DNA of 63,809 bases, filler included, from Olpidium bornovanus S191 (Eukaryota > Fungi > Olpidiomycota): NCBI GenBank assembly GCA_017911155.1. It is 21 parts of 21 records of this genome, joined end to end, with 100 filler letters (N's around TTAATTAATTAA, not from the genome) between each part and the next. Parts side by side here need not be neighbours in the genome. Positions count along the whole stretch, not along the records: positions 1 to 5,956 come from JAEFCI010009622.1; positions 6,057 to 12,460 come from JAEFCI010000550.1; 19 more parts are not named here. One strand, 5' to 3'. This document shows positions 1-11,290 of this stretch, piece after piece. How positions within the stretch are numbered: the first letter of the stretch is position 1; every line of letters starts with the position of its first letter. The translations under genes were made by a program, and so were the position numbers. The notes under the pieces were generated by a model. That model was given only the letters and a program-made list of their open reading frames with translations. It was not told the origin of the DNA and did not search any database.

Positions 1-869
1 ACGCCCCTGAATTCACCCCTGGAATCCTCTCCATAAAACCGGGTAGACCGGCGGAATACAGACGCTCTTTGGAGCTCCTTCGAACCCAAATTCAACACAG
101 GGGGCAGGTGTGTAAGCGGGAAAAGGAGCAAATTCCGGGTGGGGGGGGAGGGCGGCGGGAATTGGAAGGGTGTTTGGGCAACCTCGTCCCCACATGCGTC
201 AGCCAGCCCAGAAGCAGGCAGAGCGAGCGAGAGGGCGAGCGTCGTCCCGAATACCGCCCAACCCCAAACGAGGCCGCCAAACGCACACGCTCCATCGCGT
301 TCAGAGGCTCCGAAATATGCATGCCCGTGTTCTTTTATTTGCCAATCTCCTGGCACAGCTGGGCAGCTTTTGGGGTTCAACGCGAAGGGCAAATCGCATA
401 CGCGGATCGTCGACGGCAACGATCGCCGGCCCAGAGGCAGCAGGCAGGCAGGCGGCGGTGCAGTCAATAGTCTTGGTCAAGAGGTACAGCATGGACGCCT
501 GCTTGGGCGAAATGACGCAGCAAGTTGCGTGAAATGTGCACTGAGCTCTGCATCACGCTTGCGGAAGCTCCTCCGGCAAAACATCCGGGGCTTTGATAAT
601 GGCAAGGAGAACAGCATTGACGTCGGAAATGAAATAAGTGGCGAAACTTCCCCCTCACGCTAGATGGTTAAAGCACACCAGCTAGAGAGACTCCCCTTTT
701 TCTTGGCGAGCCGAGCCGAAATGAGATGAACTTGACAAAAGCAGAGTATTCGGACTTTTTGTCCCCTGTAGAAAAAAGCCGTTGTATTTGGCCCAGACTA
801 GATACAGGGATTTAAGTAAGGTCATTCATTACAGGTCAGAGCTGGTTGGAACATTTTGATAAGCCATGT

Positions 870-1504
870 TTTCATTACACTTACGCAATATCAGCTTTTC
901 AGATGGGAACCTCAGCTATGTGCGCTCCAAACCAATCGCAGGGATTTCCGTCTGCACAAGGCAGGACATCTCAACAGTAGTGAATCTTTCGTCTCGCTTC
1001 ATGGGAGACCCGTCAGAGCAACATCGGTCGAGTTTTAATCACGTTTAAAATATCTCCGCGGTACGAGTGCTTTGGGCCTGCACTTCAAGGTTACGGGGGA
1101 CCCCATATCCTATTGTTTTTTACGGTTTTGCTGACAGTGATTATGCCAATTATCCACAGCACCGCTGTTCAATCATGATTATGCTATCAGCCGCGGTGAT
1201 TCAGCGTAGTCGGGAAGTCACTTTTATTCGCAGAAACCGAGCTTGCTGCTGCATCTACAGCATCGCAAAAAATAATTTGTGTATGCTCTATTCTCGGCAA
1301 TTCAGAGGAAATTAGATGCAAGCATTTTTAGTTTACGTCCATAACCTGGGTGCAGTAAATCTTTTGACAAATAGTCATAAGATAAACAACAAATCCAGGC
1401 TCATTGCCATGAGATATTTCTGTATACGAGAGCAGGTGCATCTAGGTAATATCGAGGGATTACTCATTAAAATGCATATCACAACACGGCTTGGCTTTTC
1501 TTAA
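870..1504 (+). mobile_element. Degenerate Ty1/Copia RT C-terminus and RNase H remnant
   Basis: Frameshifted pieces CTRQDISTVVNLSSRFMGDPSEQH, YGFADSDYAN and VHNLGAVNLL...IAMRYFCIREQVHLGNI match the Copia TRPDI, GYxDADWA and DNxxAI...HIxIRYHFIRE motifs. Confidence 0.85.
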
Positions 1505-1632
1505 AAGCCAGGCCAAACCTAGATGCTCAGAATGTTTATTTTTTTTTTGGGAGTCCTGTTTGATGCGTATTTGGCATTGTAGATCCTTTATTTTATTTTC
1601 ACATGAATTTCTTTAACTTCGAACATTACAAT

Positions 1633-1972
1633 GAGGAGGAATATTCGAATTCGCGCGTCGATTGTGTAATAAGTACTTTCTTTTCTTGAATTCGAACCGT
1701 TCCCGCCCACCAGCGGCAGAAAAAAAAACATTTACGGTTGTTCCATCAAGGCTCAGCCTCGACGTGCTGTGTGACGCTGCCGAGCAGCTTGCTGGGGTAC
1801 AGGTGAGCAGTGTGGGAACCAGAGAGAATAAGCTCAGACAGAAACATGGATTTCCGGCTGACCCAGCCTTCTCAAAATCGAGAATATTGTTCTACTGCAG
1901 ATCCCTGCCGTGACGTCTGTGCGGCAGCTAGTGAATGTATTACATCCGCAGATGTAGTATTATTCCCGAACC
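1633..1972 (+). mobile_element. Possible polypurine tract and decayed 3' LTR of the upstream Copia remnant
   Basis: GAGGAGGAA (1633-1641) directly precedes TATTCGAAT, a possible decayed TGTTCG start; ATTCCCGAAC near 1962-1971 is an imperfect inverted end; position fits downstream of RNase H. Confidence 0.35.
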
Positions 1973-2479
1973 GTTAGGTTAGGGTCTACAGGTGTTTTTT
2001 TCGCTTTCGCTGTAGCGTCACGCCACGTGACCGTAACCACCAGTAGCGGTTCTGATCCGCCGCGAAGTCGGCTTACTCCCTCATATTTTATATTAAACCT
2101 ACAAATGTAGATGGCGTCAGTTAGGGCTGGTGGAGCAGTGACAAGAAGAACGTCCTTGACGACGCTTAGGCCATCGGCGACGGTCAGGGGACAATGATGT
2201 GGTCAACAATGACAAGACATCGATTAGTTAGACGACAAAGATGTCGTCAAGTAAGAGAGCGCCCTCCGCGCCTCGACAAGCACCTCGACGATCCAAAAGA
2301 TGATGTCGTCGGCTGAAAGCGAGCGCGGCGACAATGGGAAGCCACGAGGGGCATGGATGCTCGCCTCAAGACCCTGGGTGCGGTAATCAATTGCGACGGG
2401 TGGCGCGGTGGGCTCGACGCAGACATGGTGGGCGGCCGATGTGAGCTTTTGGTGAGGGCGCATGAGGAGGCCAGGGTTT

Positions 2480-3560
2480 CCGCGATAAACCGTGGCGGCC
2501 GGCTCTATTTGAGCACACGCACCAGACCCGACATTCACCATAGCCGTCGATTTCCTTGCAAGATTCAATTCCAACCCCCGGCACTTCGCACTGGGCGTCG
2601 CCCAAACGAGTCCTCCGCTACTTCGTGGGCACCCGCAACCCTCGCGCGCGTATACTGGAACAAATACACGCCAAAAGCAAAGACTGTGGGCATGATCAGA
2701 TTCCGACTGCGCGAGCGACACCAACAACCACAAATTAGTCTCAGGATGGGTGATCCAGCACTTGACGCAATCAGCTGGCGCAGCGAGAAGCAGACAGTCA
2801 TAGCCCATTCAACCACTAAAGCACAAATGATGGCGGCCACAAAAGCATGCTAAGAAGTTGCATGGTTGGTCCAACCGTACAGAGAGATGGCAGGAGGCAG
2901 CCAGCCGATGCTCCCGGTGCATAAGACAACCGCGGTGTTGTGAAAAAAAAAAGAAGACATAAAATAGAGAAAGGACAAACGGCCAAAAGCCAGAATCCCT
3001 TGGCCAAATTCAAACGCTACAGCACAAAACTCCTCTTCGTGCAAAACTCTGCTAGGGAGACGGCGATTTCTTTCCCCTGTACTTAAGGTAAAGGCGTTAC
3101 CTGCCAAGGAGAAATCCTCCAGGTGACCCCGGAAAACGAAACGAAGAATTAAAAGCGAGAGTGAAAAGCTGAAAGCGTAAGCGAGTAAGAGCGATGCGAA
3201 GAAGATGAGAGCAAGTCGGAAGAAACGGGAGAAAAAAAGAAGCAATTGTAATAAAAGCAAATCAGGATTCTAAAAGTGGAGAATTAAAATCAAGTTACGG
3301 AGAGTTGGAGTTAACGGTCTCCTCCAAGACCCGGTGTCGCCGCTCCTGTGAAAAATATCCTTTCACCAGCGCCCTTGAGCTCGCGCAGGATCGGCGCAAA
3401 ATCAGCAAAAGGTCCAAACAATTCAAACATAAGACATCTCTACGTTTACGACGTCGTTGCAGACGGCACGATGACCCTACGCGCAGTCGCGTCAAAGGAC
3501 AACCTCGCGGACGGCGTTACCAAAGGCCTGAAACCCCCCGAATTCAAACCGTTTCGCACG
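2480..3560 (+). mobile_element. Second degenerate Copia RT/RNase H remnant, split by an insertion
   Basis: LYLSTRTRPDI, HWASPKRVLRYFVGT, ISWRSEKQTVIAHST, DNRG | ALELA..SKRSK and IRHLYVYDVVADGTMTLRAVASKDNLADGVTKGL. Confidence 0.9.
2936..3368. mobile_element. 433-bp solo-LTR-like insertion in Copia RNase H
   Basis: Begins TGTTGTGAAA and ends TTTCACCA; the RNase H motif DNRG-ALELA resumes across it; no clean target-site duplication. Confidence 0.65.
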
Positions 3561-4347
3561 CGAACCGGTCTTGAGCTGCTCCTGCGGCGGACTGATCATC
3601 CCCGGCGTTTTGTCGAGACACTGCAAGACCATCCGGAGGGCATCGGCCAAGTCATGAAATGATGCTGCGAATTAGCCACTGCAGGTCCATCCTTTTTCCT
3701 TTTTTCCCCTTCTTTTCTTTTCCTCCTTGTCCTGCGTTTTCGTGCATGCGAGATGCCGCTCTTGTTTTAGTTTAGTGGCTTCCTGCGTTTTCTTTGCATT
3801 ACTGGTCACCGGTATCAACGACCTAAAGCCAACGGAGACTACCTCCGGCTTGCACATTTGCTACCGACTCCAACGGAAATTCCTTGCTTTCATCTACTTT
3901 TCTTACCCTCTCGACTTGTACCTACTCTCACGGTGCTCCGTGCAAAGTAGGGTGTTACGGGTAGAATTTACCGGTGCCCTCCGCAACACAACCAAAAAAA
4001 ATCAGCGTGTAAAATATCACTAAGGACGGGCGGTACGCGACGTTACCAGGTGTGCAATCTCGTCATTCAGACGGCAGAAGCCAGCTTCCGCCTCTCATGG
4101 AGCAAGATAGATTTCTAGAAACTGGCATGTTAATCAAACCGGAGGGCAGTGCTGTGCAGTGTGGTGACGCACCCTCATTGCGTCAAGGCGAAAGTTCGCC
4201 AAAAGGGTAAAAAGCACAAAACCAAAATATATCCAAATTAAAAAATCAGGGTATCGATCATCGTGCCTCTCGCATGCTAAGCGAGCGCTCTACCATATGA
4301 GCTAATTCCCCGACAACGTGCACATTGCAAAGTTTAAATTTAGAACA

Positions 4348-4655
4348 TGTTGTTAAACGTTGTGTTTTATTTTGGCGTTCGGGAAAGTGAAATTCGGGAT
4401 CGGCTATACTATGGCTACCAACAGCGACGCAGAAGGCGAAAAATGCGCGCGACGACGGAAGGCGAAGGCGCGAAGATCCGGGGTAAAGGCGAGAACCTTG
4501 GTTCTGGGTGAAGGCGAGAGCCTTGATTGACGGTCAAAAGGTCAGAGTCGTCGGGTTGGGCTCATAACCAGTTGTTGAGCGTTGTGTTTTATTTTGAAGT
4601 TTGGGAAAAAGAAATTCGGGATTTGGGGTTTCGGCTAGCCTTCGGCTACCAATAT
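4348..4655. repeat. Two diverged ~80-bp direct repeats about 222 bp apart
   Basis: TGTTGTTAAACGTTGTGTTTTATTTTGG...GAAATTCGGGAT (4348) versus AGTTGTTGAGCGTTGTGTTTTATTTTGA...GAAATTCGGGAT (4570). Confidence 0.8.
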
Positions 4656-4862
4656 AGGATTGTTGTTGAACATGGGGTGCGGGGTGGACTCAAAAGAGAA
4701 GGCGGGAGACCGTGGCGGCGCGCTTTCCGGCCCAAGTTATGGGTTGTGGGCCAGAAGAGGACGCCCTTCCCAAGTGCCAGGTGTGTGCGCCAGATGGGGC
4801 CACTTTTTTCACACCGCGCAGGTCATGCCTCCGCTCGATGCTGGTGCCTGCATCCCAAGTTC

Positions 4863-4926
4863 CGCCCCATGGCACCGCTCCCTTCCATCGCCCCGCCCCA
4901 TGGCACCGCTCCCTTCCATCGCCCCG
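4863..4926. repeat. Perfect 31-bp tandem duplication
   Basis: CGCCCCATGGCACCGCTCCCTTCCATCGCCC twice. Confidence 0.95.
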
Positions 4927-5084
4927 CTGCCTGACGATGCGTTCGGTGCTGGCCAACCCACCGATCCATAGACGCCACGTTTCAAGAATCTTTACCGCTT
5001 GACGAATTGAACGTTGTCCTTACCGAGTAGACAAATTGGACAAAACATTTGCCGATTTTGCAATTACCCCTACCTCCGAATTCC

Positions 5085-5180
5085 GCAGCGTCAAAAAAAA
5101 AAGGAACGCCAGCCGTTGGGAATAAAAAAAAGTGTACGCCAGCGGTTGGAAACAAAAAAAGGTACGCAGACGGCATTAAG
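5085..5180. repeat. ~30-bp repeats with A-tracts abutting the truncated Copia RT; possible DNA-transposon end
   Basis: AACGCCAGCCGTTGGGAATAAAAAAAA and TACGCCAGCGGTTGGAAACAAAAAAA; Copia similarity stops at a TTAA near 5177-5180. Confidence 0.45.
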
Positions 5181-5541
5181 ATGCCCTGGTTGACGGAGCC
5201 GGCGACATAGCGCAAGATGTGCTTCGCCGCTCCGAAGTGGGTCTTGCTTGGATTGGCGTTGAACTGTGACATAACGGACACGGCATGGGCGATGTCGGGC
5301 CTTGTGCTGGCGGACAGGTAGACGAGGGAGCCGATGAGCTCCAGGTACTGGGTGCGGTTGGCGCCCTCCTCGTCAACCGCGCGGGGCAGGCGTTTCCGAC
5401 CTGGCTTCATAGGTGTCGGCGCGGGGTTGCAGGCCTCCATGTTGAAGCGCTGCAGCAGCTGCCGAGCGTAAGAGCCCTGGTCGAGGGTGATGCCGTGCGT
5501 TCGCGGGTGATTCGGATGCCTAAGAGGAAGACGGCCGGTGT
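5178..5541 (-). mobile_element. Copia reverse transcriptase fragment with one frameshift
   Basis: FLLGIRITR, then GITLDQGSYARQLLQRFNMEACNPAPTPM...YLELIGSLVYLSASTRPDIAHAVSVMSQFNANPSKTHFGAAKHILRYVAGS. Confidence 0.95.
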
Positions 5542-5868
5542 TGTACTGCGGCAAGGCTGACAAAGTTCAAGTCTCTTTATTGCAACACCCGGTCCAAGCG
5601 AGAGCTACGGGTAAGGGGACACGGCGAGCAAGTTAGGGAAGGGAGAGGTACTTCCGGAGAGCGGTAAAACCTGTGAACGGTGAAGGCGGAGCTACGGAAC
5701 GGGGAGGACGCTATTTATGCCCGTCGACCAACGAAGCAGGACGACGGCAGAGTCCCTTCGTCCTCGCGGTCGCGAACTTGGTCGCTGTTCCTCTCCCGCG
5801 CGGTCGTGGTCCCCACGTGGGGTCCCGTGCTCGCGCTTTTGCGCGCTGGGGCGGTCTCTTTTTGCCAA
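5542..5868 (-). mobile_element. LTR-like segment inserted into the Copia RT; related to the LTR at 9473-9771
   Basis: On the minus strand: TATA-like GCATAAATAGCGT, AATAAA and terminus CCTTGCCGCAGTACA; the first and last are shared with 9473-9771. Confidence 0.75.
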
Positions 5869-5956
5869 GGGGGGGGGGGGGGGGGGGGGGTGGGGGGGGG
5901 GGGGCGGGGGGGGGGTGCGGGGGGGGGGGGGGGGGGGGGGGGGGGTTTTTTGGGCG

Positions 5957-6056
5957 NNNNNNNNNNNNNNNNNNNNNNNNNNNNNNNNNNNNNNNNNNNN
6001 TTAATTAATTAANNNNNNNNNNNNNNNNNNNNNNNNNNNNNNNNNNNNNNNNNNNN
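5957..6056. other. Artificial contig spacer, first of 20 (others start at 12461, 16934, 19000, 20872, 23023, 24770, 27935, 31909, 33479, 35436, 39535, 41300, 42492, 47210, 48981, 53339, 54459, 59197, 60623)
   Basis: Identical 44N-TTAATTAATTAA-44N cassette each time; it places stops in all six frames and genes are cut abruptly at it. Confidence 0.98.
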
Positions 6057-8693
6057 CAGCACCTGTACTACACCTTCCGAATGGTAACAGATGAAACCTT
6101 CCGGGACCACCAGGGCTTCGACCTGGCCACTTTCGACGACAGAAGGGAACAACGCCTTCACTCTATGCAGAGGCATGGGTCCCAACCTCACTTCACGCAG
6201 CAGAACCCGCCGATCCTCCTTCCGCCGCCTGAGGGCGACGGCGAAGACGACCGGCCGGCGGCCGGTTTTCTGCAAAACCAGAAAGAGGTGATCTCCTTCC
6301 GGTTTAAGTCGTCAGCGACGGTCGCCCAGTTGTTACGCGCCCTTGCCCGCGAGTACGGCGTTTCGCCAAAGCAATTGCGGATCCGAAATTTCATCAACAG
6401 GCAGAACCGGACGATACGACCCGACGTGCCGATACCCCCGGAAGATTACGATAAATGTGAGGCTGACTTTTCGATTACGCCTTCGGAGGAAACGTTTAAT
6501 ACCATTGATAGTCGGAAAACTCTGGCGACGGGAATATCCTGATCAACGACATCGTGTTTACATAGCGTTTGAGGAGCTGAGGGAAAAGCCAGGGAGGTGG
6601 CACGACTGGAGATTCTACTTGGAGATGTCGCATAAGCAGAATCCGGATGGCACCGTAAGTATTTTGATCTTCGCCGGGGTCCTGTCCGACGCCTGCGGTT
6701 GTGACTTCCAGGCGCTGACGTCGACCGTGCCAATACTCGCGACTGTGTTCGCAAACTAGTGGTTCCCATCAAAAAGCGGCTATGACGGAAGCCATATCAT
6801 ATTCGGAAAGTATTACGATCCCAAGGAGGGCAAGATGACTGGCACAGGCCATTTCTATGTCGCCAGGGACTCGAAGGTCGGGGACATGTGTCCAATTCTT
6901 GCCGAGATGGCCGGCCTACCCCCAAGCACGCCGCTGAAGTTGTACGAAGAAATCAAGCAAGGAATGTTGGAGCCGCCCAACAAGAAGTTCAACGTGGTGC
7001 AAGCTGAGCTGGTGGACGGTGACATCATGTGTTACCAAAAAGATTTGCCCGACAAGGAGTAAGGGAGATTTTGCCGCATTTTTTTTTTTTACTGTTTCCA
7101 ATGACGTATTTCGTTGATCGGAATTTCTGCCGCGGCGCTCGTAGACTGAAGGACTACGAAATGCCCACGGTGACCTCGTACTTCGAGATGATTTCCTTCC
7201 GAGTGGACGTGCTTTTCAAACCGAAACCAAGGCAACCCGGTTCGCACAGTCTGTACGAGTCTACCCTGCAGATGCAGCAATCGCCGCAACACCAGAAGTT
7301 GCAGCGAGAACAGTCGGGACAGCAGCGCGGCAGCGAGCAGGAGGTCGAGCTGGTACTGCAGCGCCGGATGACCCACGACGAGGTGGTGATGAAGTTAGCG
7401 CAGCGGCTAGGCGTGGACGATCCACTCAAGATACGGCTGACTGCGCCGGAGAACCGGCCGGTGAATAGGAACGTCACCCTCAACGATATGCTCCAGTCAC
7501 CTATGTACGGCCTGAACCTGCCGAGGCCGTTCCTCAACTACGAGGTCCTGAATTACAGTGTCGCTGAGCTGGAAAGCAAGAACCTCGTCAGGGTCGAGTG
7601 GCTCGGATCAAATCTGAAGGAGCAGGGAGTCTGTTTGGGAGGTTACGCTGAAAGTTGTTGGAGATATTTTCTTGGATTTCTATTTTTTTTTTTGTTTTCG
7701 TTCGCGTTTCTTCGTCCTTCGTCCCTTTCCCTGCGATGTGAATTGGCCATTGATGTTTCCGCTCTCGGCACGTCCACCAGGGCTACTGCGAGGTTCTGCT
7801 GCCTAGAAACGCGGAAGTCCGCCGGATCGCCGAGGCTCTCCACGCGACACTCCTTGATGTTGCGAAGTCTGCGCCTGCCGATAAGGCAATCCGAGTGCCG
7901 CCTGTATCCAGGATCTCCCTGTACTGCGTTGAAAACGGCCGGATTGTGAGGGAGCTCACGGGAGCTGACCAAATCCACACGGTCAGAGACTGGCAAACCC
8001 TGTATGCAGAGGTGAGCCTCCAAATTCCTGATTGCAGCACAGCTCGCAGTCGTTTTTGTATTGAGCTTGGGTGTCTGTGTCCCAGGACTCCGTTTTTACT
8101 CAACGCTGCGTCAATCTCCGCCCCTCTTTAGGAGCTGCCGCAGGAAGACCAGACCGACGGGAAGACGGTGCACGTCGTACACTTTAACAAGGAGCCCAGC
8201 CGAATACACGGCGTGCCCTTCCGCTTCACTCTCTATCGGGACGAGAAGTTCGCCGACACGAAAGCGCGGCTGCGCGCTCGGATGGGCATGTCGGAAAAGG
8301 ATTTTGCCAAAGTGAGGGTCTGTCGGCTTGAAAGCCAACCCGGGATCGCGCCACGGGTTCGGGACCTCGAGGACGGTGAGTGGAACTGTTTTTTTTTTTT
8401 TTTGATCCCTATTCCTTGCGCCCCCCGCGGGTGTCGACGTGCTTCTCTGTTAAGCTGGTGGTGGCTTTGTTTCCGAACAGATTGCGTGCTGTTCGACTGT
8501 GATCTCGCATCAACCCATTATTATCTTGGCGTCGACCACCCGGAGAAGAAGAGGGCTGGTGGTGTTGAAAAGGTTCGTCTTGAAGTAGCGATCCTGTCTT
8601 TTTTTTTTTGGACCATGAGGACAGTCCGAACGTCCTCTCTTCGTTTTTTCCTTTCGTTTCCACCTGTCCCAGGCCGTCAAGATCTTCAACTAG
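6057..8693 (+). CDS. UBP15: Ubiquitin C-terminal hydrolase USP7/Ubp15, spliced C-terminal UBL region, 5' truncated
   Basis: HLYYTFRMVTDETFRDHQGFDL; MCPILAEMAGLPPSTPLKLYEEIK; VHFNKEPSRIHGVPFRFTLYRDEKFADTKARLRARMG; ends LGVDHPEKK...EKAVKIFN* (TAG 8691-8693). Confidence 0.92.
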
Positions 8694-9472
8694 GTTACGA
8701 AAGGAAACCTGAAGAACTCTTTGTACAAGCCAAAACCACTCGCATCGATAACAAGCGCCCCGCCTCACTCTGTCTTATCTTTTGCCTTTCGACTACTCGG
8801 CCTTTTGCGGGCCACATACACTCTACAGAGCCCAGCTTTTTTTTTTTTTTTTTTTTCCCGTTTCCCCGTCCACCGCGCTCTTCCAGATGTTTGGATAATT
8901 GTCCTGTTTCGGTATCAGGACGGGGCCTCTGTCCGTGCGGCCGCGAAAGAGGTTTTTTTTCCGAATCGGGTGCAAAACATCACACTTCTGGTTTGTGTGT
9001 TTGCCGGAAAAACTGGAAAAGGCGGCTTGGTAAACCGAAGATCCGGGGGAGTAGTTGTCGCCATTCCCATTCCTCGCGCAAGGACGGTTGAAGGGAAACG
9101 TCGCACAACCAAAGGGATTATTATGCCGAACTCGGTTTTGCCCAGAGCAAATCAGTTGAAAAGAGGTCGGGCTGCTGAGCTTTTTTGATGGTTTGGGAAG
9201 CGCGCGCCGGCTTGCACTATACATAGGAAACGGCGGAGGCACAGGGCTAGACTATTAGAAAAACCGTTTGAGCCACCCTTGGTTCTCTCTGTTAGCACTA
9301 TTACTCCACAACATTTGTTCCGGCGAGGGCGAAGCCGTTCAGGTACGACCAGTTGCTACACCTTGCGAATTAAAATACGCCGACACTTTTCTGAGCAGCA
9401 GTTAAGTTTACAAAAACTTTTGCAGATGTTTTCCCAGAAAATGCCCCCCCCCCCCCCCCCCCCCGCCCCCCA

Positions 9473-9771
9473 CTGCATGCGAGAGCTCGGAGCCCCGCGT
9501 GGTAACCGCGCGGGAAGGGACCGGACGCACCGCATCGACGGACGCGACGTCGGAGAACGGCTGTGCCGTCGACCTGCCTTCCGCTCGACGTCGACGAGCA
9601 TAAATAGCGTGTCTTCTGCTCCGTAGCTCGACTTTGTTCCTACCCTTAACTCGAACCCAAACTTTTACCTTTCGCTTTCGACTGCACTGGCAGCCCTCGT
9701 CACCTTACCTGTAGCTCCTTGCACAGACCTGACGAGGGTGAGGAATAGACGCTTAACCTTGCCGCAGTACA
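9473..9771 (+). mobile_element. LTR-like segment; 5' end obscured by a poly-C run
   Basis: GCATAAATAGCGT near 9598 and terminus CCTTGCCGCAGTACA; visibly alignable with the reverse complement of 5542-5868. Confidence 0.7.
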
Positions 9772-9790
9772 GGGCTCGCAATGTTGAGCT

Positions 9791-11290
9791 TCATGTTGGG
9801 CGCTGTCCCGGCTTGTCCGGCCGGAACTGACCGATGTCGCTGTTGGTCCACCACCACCGACCCGTGTTTGGAGGATCGTTTGCCTTTGTCCCGTCTGCAT
9901 ATGCCTTTTCGTCCCGGTTAAAAGGCTGGTCATCGTCACCACGCAGCCATTCTCGGTAAGCTCGGGGCGGCAACGCCCTCTGTCGTTCCGCTGCAAAGGT
10001 GTTGACTACGCGTCGATGTCCCATGAAGTGTCGACAAAGTGGAGGCGGCAGGTAGGTGCGGTATTTGTAGGTCATGAACGAGTAAGCGGCGGCAGACGCC
10101 TCCAGACGATCAAGCCACCCGATTCCCAAAGCTCGACGCTCGGCGTCCATGGACAACGTGAGGATCGTTGACCACCACCGGCGCTCGGCTCGCTTGAGCA
10201 TGTCCAGCTGCTCGCGATTCCACTGGGATAGCTTCTTCCACGACCGAGCCGCGGCCCCCCAAGCGACTGCGTCTGTGATCCGAGGCGCCTCTATTTGGGC
10301 GGTTGGTCGCACCCCAACTGTCGGGTTGGTGGAGATGGCCATTGGTACCGTTCTGTCTTCAATGCTTGCAGCCGGCTTCCGCGCAATGCTCGGTCTGTGC
10401 GGCCGTACCGGCGCTTTCTTCGGGTTTCGGGGCTGGACCTCAGCTCGCGTCGAAGACCTCTTGGAGCGCTGTCTCTTAGGCGGGGGTGATATCCGCGGGC
10501 CTGCGTCGTTGCGTCTGCCTCCTTCTCCAGAAACCGATCGTCCTCCGGCTCTTTCCGCGGCACTCCTTGGCTCGCCCCGCTTTCTCAAGAGCGGCACCGA
10601 TGGCTCCCTTTCGTCCTCAAGCTCCTCAGTTTTGCCCCCTGCGCTTTCGGCCTCCACGCCCTCGTCGTCGACCGGGCTCGAAGACCCCTCGGCCGCTTCT
10701 TCCGCCTGGCTTCCTTCATCCTCGTCGTTCCCATCGTCCCCCTCATTGCTGCTCGATGGTTCGCCGGTAATAGACAAGAACGGGTCCGGGACCCTTCTCC
10801 CCTGTTCAACTGCCCTTTTTCGCAACAGCCGGCCTCGTTCTGCCAGGCAAGCCATGATCCTGGATGCTCCGCTCGCCCCTTCGGTCCGGATCGGCTCGCT
10901 GAGTGTCAATTTGCCAGCGGCCCTGACTGGCACCCTCGGCACTTCAGCCCTGATCGACTCGCCGGGAGCTGTCTCGCCGGCGGCCTCGGCTGTCGCCCTC
11001 GGCACCCTTTGGCCGAGCGTGTCACTCGCCCGCGTAGCCGTTCTCTTAGCTTTAGCCGCAGCCCTTCGTTCCTTTCCGGCCTTCTTCAGGTCATCCACGA
11101 TAGCTCGGAGGCGTTCGTCATGGTGCCCTCGGGGCGGCGCAAGAGGCGGTGCTGGCCTGCCAGCTCTTCCAGACTGCTCGTAGGTTCCCGCTTCCCCAAG
11201 GATGCGCGCCCAGGAGTCTGACTTTGCAGCCTCTCCTGCCGCCTCCCGCGCGCTACGCTCCTCCAGTCCGAGTTCGCGAGCATTTTTTTT
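9791..11290 (-). CDS. Orphan intron-free ORF of about 500 codons, antisense to the adjacent integrase
   Basis: The 435-aa ORF in the track stays open upstream (ARELGLEERS...LRAIVDDLKK) to the integrase junction; acidic/basic low-complexity middle, Trp-rich C-terminus; stop lies 20 bp from the LTR end. Confidence 0.55.
   Translation of the reverse strand, partial: KKNARELGLEERSAREAAGEAAKSDSWARILGEAGTYEQSGRAGRPAPPLAPPRGHHDERLRAIVDDLKKAGKERRAAAKAKRTATRASDTLGQRVPRATAEAAGETAPGESIRAEVPRVPVRAAGKLTLSEPIRTEGASGASRIMACLAERGRLLRKRAVEQGRRVPDPFLSITGEPSSSNEGDDGNDEDEGSQAEEAAEGSSSPVDDEGVEAESAGGKTEELEDEREPSVPLLRKRGEPRSAAERAGGRSVSGEGGRRNDAGPRISPPPKRQRSKRSSTRAEVQPRNPKKAPVRPHRPSIARKPAASIEDRTVPMAISTNPTVGVRPTAQIEAPRITDAVAWGAAARSWKKLSQWNREQLDMLKRAERRWWSTILTLSMDAERRALGIGWLDRLEASAAAYSFMTYKYRTYLPPPLCRHFMGHRRVVNTFAAERQRALPPRAYREWLRGDDDQPFNRDEKAYADGTKANDPPNTGRWWWTNSDIGQFRPDKPGQRPT

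Noticed and set aside
1905-1931. CTGCCG...CGGCAG hairpin followed by CTAGT, like a Helitron 3' end
   Set aside because: No spacer between hairpin and CTAG, no 5' TC end or Rep/helicase; more likely inside a decayed LTR
1974-1985. TTAGGTTAGGG telomere-like motif
   Set aside because: Only two imperfect units, internal to a contig
9772-9790. Tf1-like self-priming site after the LTR
   Set aside because: The best complementary stretch in the LTR (AACTCGAACCC) pairs poorly with GGGCTCGCAAT
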